Positions 22,383-32,317 are shown, counted from the stretch's first letter. The stretch: DNA of 64,000 nucleotides from Longimicrobiales bacterium (GCA_963664435.2 CAXXKM010000001.1:96001-160000), one strand, 5' to 3'. The notes: a model not told the origin generated them from the sequence alone. Translations and numbers: made by a program.

Positions 22383-24674
22383 GTGCAGGTACAGGAACGG
22401 CACATGGGGTTGTTCGGCGCCACCGTCCTGGGGGTGGGCGCCATCGTGGGCGGCGGGATCCTCGCGCTCGCCGGCACCGCCTTCACGGTCGCCGGGCCGG
22501 GCGCCATGGTCGCCTTCGCCCTGAACGGCGGCATCGCCCTCCTGACCGCGGCCAGCTTCGCCCGCCTGGCCCGTCGCTTCCCCGAGTCCGGCGGCACCTA
22601 CACCTACGCCAAGAACGTCTTCTCCATCGAACTGGCCTTCGTGGTCGGCTGGGTGGTGTGGTTCGCCTCGATCGTGGCCGGGGTGCTCTACGCGCTCGGG
22701 TTCGCGGCGTTCTTCATGGAGGGGCTGCTGCGCGCCCTGCCGCAGCTGGCCGACACCCGGGTGGGCAGCGACGCCGCGCGCCTGGCCGCGGCCGCGATCG
22801 CCATCGGCGCCTACATGCTGGCGCTGGTCCGGCGCGCGGCGGGGGGCGGCACCGCGGAGACCATCGGCAAGGTGGTGGTATTCGCCGTGGTCATCGCCGG
22901 CGGGGCGTGGGCGTGGGCCACCGGGTCGCCGGGTGAGCTCGCCGACCGGCTGAACCCGTTCCTCACCGAGGGAGCGGGCGGGGTGGTGCGGGCGATGGGC
23001 TACACCTTCATCGCGCTCCAGGGGTTCGACCTGATCGCCGCGGTGGGGGGGGAGGTGCGCGATCCCCAGCGGACCCTCCCGCGCGCCATGTACCTCTCGC
23101 TCGGCATCGCGCTCGCGCTCTACCTGCCCATGCTCTTCCTGTTCGCCACGGTGGGGACACCGGCGGGGGTGGGCGGGGTGGCGGCGGTGGCGGCGGCCAA
23201 CCCGGAGGGACTGGTGGCGGCCGCCGTCGAGGAGTACATGGGGGTGGCGGGGTACTGGCTGGTCATCGGCGCGGGCATCCTGTCGATGCTCTCGGCGCTC
23301 CAGGCCAACCTGCTGGGCGCGTCGCGGGTGGCCTTCGCGATGGCCCGCGACCGCACCCTTCCCCGCCGGCTGGCCCGCATGCGCGGGTCGAGCGGCACGC
23401 CGGCGACGGCGGTCGTGGTCACGGGCACGGTGGTGGCGGTGATCGCGCTCGCCGTCGGCGAGGTGCCCGCCGCCGGCGCCGCCTCGAGCCTCATCTTCCT
23501 CATCTCCTTCGCCATGGTGCACGTCGCGGCGGTGCTGATGGAGTACCGCTCGGCCTCAGGGCGCGTCCCCTTCCTGCCCATCGCGGGCGGGCTCTTCTGT
23601 GTATCGCTGGCGGCGTTCCAGATCTTCGCCGTCCCCTTCGCCGGCAGCATCGTGATGACCTGGATCGCCATCGGCACGGCGCTCTACCTCACGTTGCTGG
23701 CCCCGGCCGCGCGCCTCACCGACGTCTCCGCGGAAGCCACGCATCCCCATCTCACCCTGCTCCGGGGACGGAGCCCTCTGGTGCTGGCCCCCATCGCCAA
23801 CCCCGCCAACGCAGCGAGCCTGGTGGACATCGCGGGCACCTTGCGCACGCCGGGCTCGGGCCGCGTCCTGCTGCTCACGGTTCTCTCGCCGCCGGACACG
23901 GCGTCCGCGCCGGAATCGCGGGTCATCGACGCACAGGCCGTGCTCGGCAAATCGATGGTGCACAGCCTAGAGCACTCGCTGATCGCAGAAATCCTCTTCA
24001 CGATCGCCCCCGACCCCTGGACCGAGATCGCGCGGGTCGCGGAGGAACACCGTTGCGAAACCGTGCTGCTGGGGCTGCCCAACCTCTCCGATCCGCTGGT
24101 CGAGTCCGCGCTGGAGCGGCGCATTGCGGGAATCGGCTGCGACGTGGTGGTCGCGCGCACTCCTTCGGGCTGGTGCATGGACGAAGTCGAAAGGGTCCTG
24201 GTCCCCCTCGGAGGACATCGAGGCCACAGCCGCCCGAGGGTCCGCCTGCTCGCCAGCCTGGCGCGTACCCGGGGACGATCCATCACCTATCTGTCCACGA
24301 TGCTTCCTTCGGCGTCGAAGGAGGAACGCCGCCGTTTCGAGCGCGAGATCCACAGAATGGTGCGCGACGAGGCCGCGGGTCCCTACGAGGTGATCGTTGA
24401 AACCGCCGCGTACCCGGAGGACACCATCATCCAGCATGCCCGCGCCTCCGACCTCATCGTCATGGGCATGCGCACCGAAGCCAACGGCCGGCGGAGCCTG
24501 CGCGGCATCCCGCACTCGGTCGCCGTGGGATCCAGGAAGCCCCTGATCCTGATCGGGAGCGCCCCGCCCTCCGCCCTGGTACGTACTGGAAAGGACCTGC
24601 TGGCGCCTTCCCGGGCGGGAGGGCTTCGGTCGAACGAGTCGGACGGAGACGATCCGCAGCCTCCGGCGTCCTAG
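22383..24674 (+). CDS. APC-family amino acid permease with C-terminal universal-stress (USP)-like domains
   Basis: GAIVGGGI, FPESGGTY, GGEVRDPQR motifs, multiple TM helices; VLAPIAN and VLVPLGG..DLIVMG USP repeats; GGAGG before GTG 22383. Confidence 0.88.
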   Translation: MQVQERHMGLFGATVLGVGAIVGGGILALAGTAFTVAGPGAMVAFALNGGIALLTAASFARLARRFPESGGTYTYAKNVFSIELAFVVGWVVWFASIVAGVLYALGFAAFFMEGLLRALPQLADTRVGSDAARLAAAAIAIGAYMLALVRRAAGGGTAETIGKVVVFAVVIAGGAWAWATGSPGELADRLNPFLTEGAGGVVRAMGYTFIALQGFDLIAAVGGEVRDPQRTLPRAMYLSLGIALALYLPMLFLFATVGTPAGVGGVAAVAAANPEGLVAAAVEEYMGVAGYWLVIGAGILSMLSALQANLLGASRVAFAMARDRTLPRRLARMRGSSGTPATAVVVTGTVVAVIALAVGEVPAAGAASSLIFLISFAMVHVAAVLMEYRSASGRVPFLPIAGGLFCVSLAAFQIFAVPFAGSIVMTWIAIGTALYLTLLAPAARLTDVSAEATHPHLTLLRGRSPLVLAPIANPANAASLVDIAGTLRTPGSGRVLLLTVLSPPDTASAPESRVIDAQAVLGKSMVHSLEHSLIAEILFTIAPDPWTEIARVAEEHRCETVLLGLPNLSDPLVESALERRIAGIGCDVVVARTPSGWCMDEVERVLVPLGGHRGHSRPRVRLLASLARTRGRSITYLSTMLPSASKEERRRFEREIHRMVRDEAAGPYEVIVETAAYPEDTIIQHARASDLIVMGMRTEANGRRSLRGIPHSVAVGSRKPLILIGSAPPSALVRTGKDLLAPSRAGGLRSNESDGDDPQPPAS

Positions 24675-24802
24675 CGGCGGACACACGGGTGGCCGATCAT
24701 CCAGCCAGCCGAATGGACAGGAACGTCCCATCCTCAGACGACGGCGGAAGCACCTGAAGTCGTCTGCGCGATGCGCAAACAGCCTGTATTACGCGCGCCC
24801 TC

Positions 24803-25666
24803 TCACCCTCCCATCCCCTCCAGCGCGCGCACGATCGCGCGATACCGCCGGTCCACGCTCCCGAATCCCAGATTCGCCAGGTAGATGTTGCGCGCCCCGG
24901 CTGCCTGCAGCGCCCGGATGCTGCGCGCGCAGATCTCCGCGGCGCTCACCCCCGCCGCGAACTCGCGGGTGATCTGCTGCGCGGGGATCGGGAGAAACCG
25001 GCTCAGTCGATGCAGCGTCCCCGGGTTCGCGCTGCGGTAGAAGAAGACGCCGAAGATGGGCGGGGTGGCGACGCCCCGGCGGTCCAGCTCTTCCAGGAAT
25101 TGCTCCACCGCGGGCAGGGAGTGGTGCGACACGATCTGGGTCAGGAAGAAGTCGGCCTCGAAGTCGCCGCGCGCAATGTAGTCGACCTGAACGGCCGGAT
25201 CCGCGTGCGGGTTGGCCCATCCCCCCAGCGTGAGGGACGGGAACTCGCAGCGGATGAGGTCGCGCAGCTGGTATCCGTGCTCGACGCAGCGCGGCGGCGG
25301 GCCGGTCGTGTCGCCTCCCACCACGGCGAGCGCCTCGCAGCCGCTGGAGACCGCGCGCCGGGCGAACATCATGCAGTAGTCGAGCGAGTGCTTGGCGGTG
25401 AGGAAGGGGATGATGCGCGACGCCGGCACCCCGCGCGCCAGGTTGGCGGCGACGTGGCCGAGGCTCTCCTCCTCGGCGGCATCGACGGCGTTGTCGGTGA
25501 AGAAGATGTAGCGGTCGTCGCGCGCCAGACGCTCCAGCGTGTGGTACATGTCGATCCAGGCATCCATGCCCGCCGCGTAGGAAAGCCCGCTGCGGGGCGG
25601 CCGCAGCTCGACCGTGATGGTCGGCCCGGGCGCGCGCAGGCGCGCCAGCAGTCCGCTGTCGTGCAT
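24803..25666 (-). CDS. Stand-alone methylenetetrahydrofolate reductase (MetF)-like protein
   Basis: ITVELRPP, FTDN, VVGGD, GGWANP, DFFLTQ motifs; 287 aa from ATG 25666 (alternative GTG 25684). Confidence 0.75.
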   Translation of the reverse strand: MHDSGLLARLRAPGPTITVELRPPRSGLSYAAGMDAWIDMYHTLERLARDDRYIFFTDNAVDAAEEESLGHVAANLARGVPASRIIPFLTAKHSLDYCMMFARRAVSSGCEALAVVGGDTTGPPPRCVEHGYQLRDLIRCEFPSLTLGGWANPHADPAVQVDYIARGDFEADFFLTQIVSHHSLPAVEQFLEELDRRGVATPPIFGVFFYRSANPGTLHRLSRFLPIPAQQITREFAAGVSAAEICARSIRALQAAGARNIYLANLGFGSVDRRYRAIVRALEGMGG

Positions 25667-25684
25667 CTTCCGTCTCGTCTCCAC

Positions 25685-25709
25685 TAACCCTGACGTTACG
25701 TTAGGGTTA
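25685..25709. promoter_or_regulatory. 25-bp imperfect palindrome, MerR-family (TipA/Mta-like) operator candidate
   Basis: TAACCCTGACGT-T-ACGTTAGGGTTA; 11 of 12 arm positions pair. Confidence 0.65.
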
Positions 25710-25757
25710 AGGACGCGGGGTGGGCTGACGGCCTGCAGAAGCCGGTACGAACCTGAC

Positions 25758-27086
25758 TCATCGCCCCCCCGCCAGCCCCTCCACGGCGCCCGCTTCCGTG
25801 GGCAGCTCCGCGGTGAGGTTCTCCACCCCCGAGGCGGTAACCAGCACGTCGTCCTCGATGCGGATGCCGATTCCGGCGAAACGGGCCGCGGATCCCTCGG
25901 CGTCCTCGTGGAAGTAGAGGCCCGGCTCGACCGTGAGCACCATCCCCTCCCCGAGTGGCCGGGACCTGCCGTCGACGGCGTAGTCGCCGACGTCGTGGGT
26001 GTCGAGCCCGAGCCAGTGGGAGGTCTGGTGCGGGAAGAACCGGCGGAGCGCGGCGCTTTCCTCCGCCACGCCGCCGGGCCTGGCCAGGACGCCGAGCGAG
26101 GCCAGGCCGTCGGCCAGCACGGCGCACGCGGCCCCGTGCACCGTGCCCACCGACACCCCCGGCGCCGCGGCCGCGACCGCGGCCGCGCGCGCCTGGTCCA
26201 CGATCTCGTAGACGGCCAGCTGCTCCGGGGTGAAGCGCCCGTCCACCGGGTAGGTGCGGGTCACGTCGGCGCAGTAGTGGCCGAGCTCGGCGGCCGCGTC
26301 CACCAGCACCAGTTCGCCCGACCGCGCCCGGCGCCGGTTCTCCGCGTAGTGCAGCACACAGGCGTTGGCGCCCGACGCGACGATGGACGGATAGGCGGGC
26401 GTCGAACCCCCGTGCCGGCGGAACACCGCCTCGAGGGCCGCCTGCAGCTCCCACTCCCCCACCCCGGGTCGAAGCTCCCCGGCGAGCGCCCGGTGACCGG
26501 CGACCGTCAGCGCGGCCGCGTTCCGCAGCGACTCCACCTCCCCGGCGTCCTTGCGGAGCCGCATCTCGTCCAGAATCCCGCCCGGATCGACGACTCCGCG
26601 CGGCCCCGTTCCCTTTCGCGCGCCGCGGGTACGGGCATGCGCCAGTGCGCCCCGCACCAGCCGGTCCACCCAGGGATCCGATCCCAGCCTGAAGAAGACG
26701 TGGCTCGCTCCCTCGAGCAGGGTCCCCAGCTCCTGGCCGAGTTCCTGCAGAGGATGACAGGCGTCGGCGCCCAGCCGTTCGCAGGCAGCCTCGGGGCCGA
26801 GTCGCTTCCCGCCCCAGAGCTCCGCGGTCGCATCGCGCGGCCGGACGAAGAGCACGCAGCGGCTCGATTCGGCGAATCCGCGCAGGACCAGGACGCTGCC
26901 GGGCTCGGTGAAGCCGGTCAGGTAGAAGAACTCGGAGTCCGGGCGGTAGGGCGAAGGGTCGGCGCCCCGCCGGCACGCGTCCGCCGCAGCCGGAAGCACC
27001 ATGACGGCGTCGCCCAGCTCGTCGAGCACCAGTGCCCGGCGCTCGCGGAAAATGTCCGCCGCGGGTTCGAAGGTCCCGGTCGTCAT
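25758..27086 (-). CDS. pepP: Xaa-Pro aminopeptidase (M24B)
   Basis: YRPDSEFFYLTG AMP_N domain, LHY, VDAAAE, ADVTRT, HWLGLDTHDVG, TVEPGLY, GIRIEDD. Confidence 0.92.
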   Translation of the reverse strand: MTTGTFEPAADIFRERRALVLDELGDAVMVLPAAADACRRGADPSPYRPDSEFFYLTGFTEPGSVLVLRGFAESSRCVLFVRPRDATAELWGGKRLGPEAACERLGADACHPLQELGQELGTLLEGASHVFFRLGSDPWVDRLVRGALAHARTRGARKGTGPRGVVDPGGILDEMRLRKDAGEVESLRNAAALTVAGHRALAGELRPGVGEWELQAALEAVFRRHGGSTPAYPSIVASGANACVLHYAENRRRARSGELVLVDAAAELGHYCADVTRTYPVDGRFTPEQLAVYEIVDQARAAAVAAAAPGVSVGTVHGAACAVLADGLASLGVLARPGGVAEESAALRRFFPHQTSHWLGLDTHDVGDYAVDGRSRPLGEGMVLTVEPGLYFHEDAEGSAARFAGIGIRIEDDVLVTASGVENLTAELPTEAGAVEGLAGGR

Positions 27087-28201
27087 CACGCGCCCGCCCG
27101 GGCGGCGACCATCTCAAGCCCCGCCTCCACCAGCGTCCACTGCAGCTTCATCTGGTCTTCCACGGGCATGGGCCGGATGCCGAGCCGGATGCCCTCGCGG
27201 GTAACCTCTGCCGGTGAGGCGCGGCCGGCCGCCAGCTCCGCCCTCCAGCCGTCGATGCGGACCTTCCACCGGGCCGCCACCGGATCCGGAGGACCCAGCG
27301 TCTCCCCGGCCCCCGGCGTGATGAACAGCGGCATCTCCGTCACCAGCGTGAGCGTGTCGCCCCCCAGCGCACGCACCGCCTCCATCGAGCTGGGACGGAA
27401 GCGCCCCGCCGTGGCCTCGTCTCCCAGCCCCAGGAAGTGCTCGCGCATGGCGTTGTGGTTCGGGCGCGTGCAGAAGCCGGGCGCGATGCGCACGAACCCC
27501 TTCTCCCCTTCCCGCTCCACGTCGTGCAGCCGGTATCCCATGTCGCGCACCACTTCCGCGCAGCGGGCGCGCAGGGATACGGTCCGATCGACCCAGTGGG
27601 GATCGATGAGGAACCAGGGTCCCGACGAGAACCCCATCCCGTGCAGCGAGACGTGCAGGTCGAAGGCCCCGCCGGCGCCGGTCCACCACTGGCCGGCAGC
27701 CCGGTTCTCGGGCCTGGCGCCCGCGTCATCGGGGTCCGCGGGAAACCCGAACTCGATGTCGTCCCCGGGGAGCTCGCGCACGACGTGCGCCAGGTACTCG
27801 CCCAGTTCGAAGTCGAGCCCGCCCGCCTGCCATGCGCGATTGCGCGCGGCCCCGTCGGGATTCACGTGCGGCACGATCCACCACTCGAAGCACGCGAGCA
27901 TCGGATGGTCCGGGGCCAGCCCGCCCAGCCATCCGCACAGCCTCTCGAGCAGCGCCGGGCCCACGGGCTCGTCGGCGTGGCATCCCCCGAGCAGGCTCAC
28001 GCGCAGGGATCCGGAGCCGAATCGGAAGCCGTGGACGGGGCGCCCATCCCTCGATGTTCCGATGCGCGTCCCGGCATCCCGGCCCGCGGGCGGCGCCTCG
28101 AGGATTCGGGCAGGATCCGTACCCATGCCCACGCCCGACTCGCGCATGCGCCTACCGGATTCGCGCATGACTCCGGACTCGCGCAGCGCGCATTCCGTCA
28201 T
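27086..28201 (-). CDS. M14 family zinc carboxypeptidase-like protein
   Basis: IGTSRDGRP, GCHADEP (HxxE), VNPDG, SLHG; true start may be ATG 28126; TGATG coupling to pepP. Confidence 0.8.
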   Translation of the reverse strand: MTECALRESGVMRESGRRMRESGVGMGTDPARILEAPPAGRDAGTRIGTSRDGRPVHGFRFGSGSLRVSLLGGCHADEPVGPALLERLCGWLGGLAPDHPMLACFEWWIVPHVNPDGAARNRAWQAGGLDFELGEYLAHVVRELPGDDIEFGFPADPDDAGARPENRAAGQWWTGAGGAFDLHVSLHGMGFSSGPWFLIDPHWVDRTVSLRARCAEVVRDMGYRLHDVEREGEKGFVRIAPGFCTRPNHNAMREHFLGLGDEATAGRFRPSSMEAVRALGGDTLTLVTEMPLFITPGAGETLGPPDPVAARWKVRIDGWRAELAAGRASPAEVTREGIRLGIRPMPVEDQMKLQWTLVEAGLEMVAARAGA

Positions 28202-28235
28202 CGGGCTCGCGCACGCCCCTCGGGGATTGGCGCAT
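28100..28235. repeat. Degenerate 14-mer array (consensus CCGGAYTCGCGCAT), 5-6 copies
   Basis: Copies at 28100, 28134, 28155, 28173, 28201, 28222. Confidence 0.6.
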
Positions 28236-28247
28236 GTCCCTCCGAAG

Positions 28248-30401
28248 CTACCGTCGCTGGCTGGTCACGGTCTCCTCTTCGTCGATCAGCCAATGCACCA
28301 TCCAGCTGCGGATGCGCTCCAGCCGATCCACCAGCAGCCACGGCTCGCCCGTGCGCGAGAGACCGTGGCTGGAGCGGGGATAGCGCACCAGCTCCACCGG
28401 CACGCGCAGCTTCTTGAGCGACATGAACCACTGCTCGGCGTCGGGCATCGGCGTGCGCCAGTCCTGCTCGGAATGGATGAGCAGCGTGGGCGCGGTCACG
28501 TTCTCGACATAGGAGATGGGCGACAGGCGCCGGTACAGGTCCCGCTCCTCCCAGGGGGTTCCGCCGAACTCGTATTCGGTGAGCCCCTGGGCGTCCGAGG
28601 TGCCCCACCAGCTCTCCCAGTTGGTGATCGAGCGGCTGGAGGCCGAGGCGGCGAAGCGGTCGGTGGTGGCGGTCAGCCAGTTGGACATGAAACCGCCGTA
28701 GCTCCCTCCGGAGACGCCCAGCCGCTCCGGATCGACGGCGGGATAGGCCGCGAGGGTGGCGTCCACGCCGGCGAGGTAGTCCTCGCGGTCGACGATGCCC
28801 CATTGCTCGCGGGTGGCGTACTGGAAGGCGTGCCCGTAGCCCGAGGAGCCGCGCGGGTTGGTGTAGAGGACGTAGAAGCCCGCGGCGGAGAGCACGTGGA
28901 AGGTCGGGAAGAAGGTGTTGCCGTAGGCGCTGTGCGGCCCGCCGTGGATCTTGAGCACCATCGGGTAGCTGCCTCCGGGGACTTCGTCCACCGGCCGCAC
29001 CACCCAGCCTTCGACCTCGACGCTGTCCTCCATCATCCAGGCGATGCGCTCGGCGGGCATGAGGGTGATGTCGGAGAGCCAGTCGTCGTTGAAGCCGGTC
29101 GCCTTCTGCTCGGTGGAGCCGTCGCCGGCCGCCACGTAGAGCTCGGCCGGAGTCACCGGGTCGGTGGCGGTGAACGCCATCACGCCGTCGTCGGACGTGA
29201 ACGAGAAGCCCGACAGGCGCCGGTCGCCCGCGGTGACCTGCGCGATCTGGCCGCCGGTTGCCGGGACGGCGAACAGGTGGGCGTTGCCTCCGGTCCCCGC
29301 GGAGAAGCGGATCCGGCCGCCGTCCTCCGACCAGGAGGGCGCGCCCGGCTGCAGGTCCCAGTCCGCGGTGAGGTTCAGGGCCAGGCCCCGCAGGCTGCCG
29401 TCCGGCCCCACGTCCTGCACCAGGATATCGGTCTGCTCGCCGCGCGCCGGGCTCGACAGGTAGGCGATGGAGCCGCCGTCCGGCGAGAGCGCAGGCGCCG
29501 ACTCGCTGCCCGGGTTGGTGGTGAGCCGGCGAACCGACCCGCCCGTCACCGCCACCGACCAGATGTCGCCCGTGTTGTCGGGGTTGTGCTCGTCGTCCTG
29601 GCGTTCGTTGCCGGTGAAGAAGATGCGCCGGCCGTCCGACGACCAGGCGACCCCGCCCACATCGAACTGCAGGTCGGTGAGCTGCCGCGCGGTGCCGCCC
29701 TCGGCGGGGACCACGAACAGCTGGGTCCTTTCTCGCAGCGAGTAGTGCGGAAGCAGGGGATGCACGCCGTCGCGCTTGTAGCGCATGGCGGTAATCACGT
29801 GACCGTCGAAGCGCTCGGCGTCCAGCGTGCCGGTCACCGCGTCGGGCGCAATCTGCCGGTTGTCGGCCCCGTCATCGTCTTCGTCCTCCTCCGGGGCCCG
29901 GGTGAAGGCGATGCTGCGCCCATCCGGCGACCACACCGGCGCTCCCTCCACGCCCTCGATGTGGAATGCCTCGCCACCCGGCCCGTCCACCCGCAGGAAC
30001 CAGATGGGGTTCGGGTCGTCGCCCCGGCTGGAGCGGAAGGAGAGCAGGCGGCCGTCCGGCGACCATGCCGGCCCGCTCGCCTCGGAGGTCGGGTCGGAAA
30101 AGCGGATCGCTTCGCCGTCGGGCCTGCCGCCCGCGAGGGGCTGCAGCCACACCTCGCGGTGGCGCCGGTTCTCCTCCTCGATCACGCGCGTGACCGTAAA
30201 GGCGACGTACGCACCCGTCGGCGACATCGCCGGCTCCGACACACCCACGATGCGGTAGTAGTCGGTGGGCTGGAAGCCGCGCTCCTGCGCCATCAGCGGC
30301 GAGACGACGGCGGCAATCAGGGCCAGGCTCGCCGCCACGACTTTCGCGGAATGGACAAGTGGTGCGCTATGGTGTAGCGATGCATGGGGCAGGCCGAACA
30401 T
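28248..30401 (-). CDS. S9C family (acylaminoacyl/dipeptidyl) peptidase with TolB-like propeller
   Basis: AGGAGGT SD before ATG 30401; WSPDG repeats; IHGGPH, GGSYGG, HSEQDWR, SSHG. Confidence 0.9.
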   Translation of the reverse strand: MFGLPHASLHHSAPLVHSAKVVAASLALIAAVVSPLMAQERGFQPTDYYRIVGVSEPAMSPTGAYVAFTVTRVIEEENRRHREVWLQPLAGGRPDGEAIRFSDPTSEASGPAWSPDGRLLSFRSSRGDDPNPIWFLRVDGPGGEAFHIEGVEGAPVWSPDGRSIAFTRAPEEDEDDDGADNRQIAPDAVTGTLDAERFDGHVITAMRYKRDGVHPLLPHYSLRERTQLFVVPAEGGTARQLTDLQFDVGGVAWSSDGRRIFFTGNERQDDEHNPDNTGDIWSVAVTGGSVRRLTTNPGSESAPALSPDGGSIAYLSSPARGEQTDILVQDVGPDGSLRGLALNLTADWDLQPGAPSWSEDGGRIRFSAGTGGNAHLFAVPATGGQIAQVTAGDRRLSGFSFTSDDGVMAFTATDPVTPAELYVAAGDGSTEQKATGFNDDWLSDITLMPAERIAWMMEDSVEVEGWVVRPVDEVPGGSYPMVLKIHGGPHSAYGNTFFPTFHVLSAAGFYVLYTNPRGSSGYGHAFQYATREQWGIVDREDYLAGVDATLAAYPAVDPERLGVSGGSYGGFMSNWLTATTDRFAASASSRSITNWESWWGTSDAQGLTEYEFGGTPWEERDLYRRLSPISYVENVTAPTLLIHSEQDWRTPMPDAEQWFMSLKKLRVPVELVRYPRSSHGLSRTGEPWLLVDRLERIRSWMVHWLIDEEETVTSQRR

Positions 30402-30508
30402 CCCGGACCTCCTGCGCTCAACGAAACAACCGGCGATCTCACTCAATATAGGAAGAGGGCCGGGGTCGCGGTAACACGAGGCCGGACGCCACAGTCAAGA
30501 GGGGGCAG

Positions 30509-32317
30509 GTGATGGTTGGAAGGAAAAGGCGTCCCGCGATCGTGCGAACTCCGGAACGGGTGACCCGCCGCCAGACAGCCGGCACGGTGCTCGCACTGGC
30601 TTGCTGGCTGGCCGCGGCCTGGGCCGCCACCGCCTCCCCGGCCGCCGCGCAGATCGTGCGCGGGCGGGTGCTGGAAGAGGGGGTCGGCACGCCCCTGGCC
30701 GGCGCGATGATCGTGCTCGTCGACAGCGAAGGCGCCCAGGTCGGACGCATCCTCACCGACGACCTGGGCAGGTTCACGCTGCGCGCGCCGCAGGCCGGAG
30801 CCTACACCCTGCGCGCCGACCGCATCGGCTACGCCAGCATCACCTCCCCGCCTCTCGCTCTGGCCCCCGGAGCCGGCGCCTTCCACGACATGGTGGTCCC
30901 CGTGCAGGCGATCGCATTGGACAACATCACCGTGGAGGGCGAGCGCCGCTGCGTGCTGCGCCCGCAGGGCGGGCTGGACGTGGCGCGGGTGTGGGAAGAG
31001 GCGCGCAAGGCGCTCGAGGCGGCCGCCTTCACCGACGAGACGTCCGTCTACCGCTACGTCACCATGAAGTACGAGCGGGACCTCGACTCCGACGCCCGCA
31101 CCGTGACGAACGAGCAGCGCAACTTCAGCGACCTCATGCAGCGCCAGACTTTTGTCTCGCGCCCCGTCGAGGAGCTCATGGCAGACGGCTTCGTGCAGGA
31201 GGAGGAGGACGGCACCTACTACTACGCCCCCGACGCCAACGTGATGCTCTCGGACGCCTTCCTCGACACACATTGCCTGCGCGTGCGGGAGGGCGAGGAC
31301 GAAACCGAGGGCCTCATCGGGCTCGCCTTCGAACCCGTGGACGGACGTCGCGGGCACATCGACATCCAGGGCGTCATGTGGTTGGAGCCGGAGTCCTCGG
31401 AGCTCCAGTGGCTGGAGTTCGATTACGCGGATCTGGACGCCGACCTCCGTTCGCGGCATCTGGGCGGCAAGGTGATGTTCGCCGGACTCCCCAACGGCAC
31501 CTGGGTGGTGCGCGAGTGGTACATCCGCATGCCCCGCCCCGGGATGAGGCCCAATCCCTTCACCAACATCCCGGAACGTTTCCTGGCGGGGATCCGCGAG
31601 ACCGGCGCCGTGGTCATGCGCATCCTGACCCCGCTGGGAGAGACTCTGGTCGAGGCCGAGACCGGGACGATCGAAGGGACGGTGCTGGATTCCCTGCACA
31701 CCCGCCCGCTGGAGGGTGCGCGGGTTTTCGCGGAGGGCACCGATCACGCCGCCGTCACCGGGCCCGAGGGCAACTACCGGCTGACGGGCCTGACCGAAGG
31801 GGTGTACCGCATCGCCTACCATCACCCGGTGCTCGAGGAGGTGGGGTTCGCGCCCGAGCCTGTCGACGTGGACGTTCGCCGGGGAGAGGTCTCCGCGTTG
31901 CGGCTGCTCACCCCGTCCCGCCGGGAGGTGCTGCGCGATGCCTGCGCGGACGTGGACGCCGTGGACCGCACCGCCGTGCTGGCCGGCCGGGTGGTGGACG
32001 GCGTCACGGGAGTCCCCGTGGAGGGCGCCCTCGTCACCGCAACCTGGACCGGCTGGGACATCGGCACCATCGCGCAGGGTAGCAACCCGCGCGGCGGTGG
32101 CGACCCCGCGGCCGGGCTTGTGCGGCTCGAGCAGAGGGACGGCCAGTACGAAGGAATCACCGGCACGGACGGGCGCTTCCTGTTCTGCCGGGTGCCCGCG
32201 GGGCCCAGCGTGGTGGTCGAAGCGGCGTTGGCCGACGCCGTGGCCGAACCCGAGACGCTTGTCCTAGAGGAGGCGGGCCAGGCCGCGTTCATGACCGTGT
32301 ATATCAGGAACCAGTAG
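30509..32317 (+). CDS. Secreted protein with multiple carboxypeptidase-regulatory-like (Ig-like) domains
   Basis: Three GRV..G.PL.GA.V...T..DGRF-type repeats; signal peptide. Confidence 0.8.
   Translation: MMVGRKRRPAIVRTPERVTRRQTAGTVLALACWLAAAWAATASPAAAQIVRGRVLEEGVGTPLAGAMIVLVDSEGAQVGRILTDDLGRFTLRAPQAGAYTLRADRIGYASITSPPLALAPGAGAFHDMVVPVQAIALDNITVEGERRCVLRPQGGLDVARVWEEARKALEAAAFTDETSVYRYVTMKYERDLDSDARTVTNEQRNFSDLMQRQTFVSRPVEELMADGFVQEEEDGTYYYAPDANVMLSDAFLDTHCLRVREGEDETEGLIGLAFEPVDGRRGHIDIQGVMWLEPESSELQWLEFDYADLDADLRSRHLGGKVMFAGLPNGTWVVREWYIRMPRPGMRPNPFTNIPERFLAGIRETGAVVMRILTPLGETLVEAETGTIEGTVLDSLHTRPLEGARVFAEGTDHAAVTGPEGNYRLTGLTEGVYRIAYHHPVLEEVGFAPEPVDVDVRRGEVSALRLLTPSRREVLRDACADVDAVDRTAVLAGRVVDGVTGVPVEGALVTATWTGWDIGTIAQGSNPRGGGDPAAGLVRLEQRDGQYEGITGTDGRFLFCRVPAGPSVVVEAALADAVAEPETLVLEEAGQAAFMTVYIRNQ

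Noticed and set aside
24735..24766. CAGACGAC...GTCGTCTG inverted repeat between convergent genes
   Set aside because: 16-nt loop and no U-tract; at most a weak terminator.
25614..30377. 1587-aa plus-strand ORF and other long shadow ORFs (e.g. 17694-20240, 38641-40779, 32264-34315)
   Set aside because: Antisense to well-supported genes; long stop-free shadows are expected at this GC content; no recognisable motifs.
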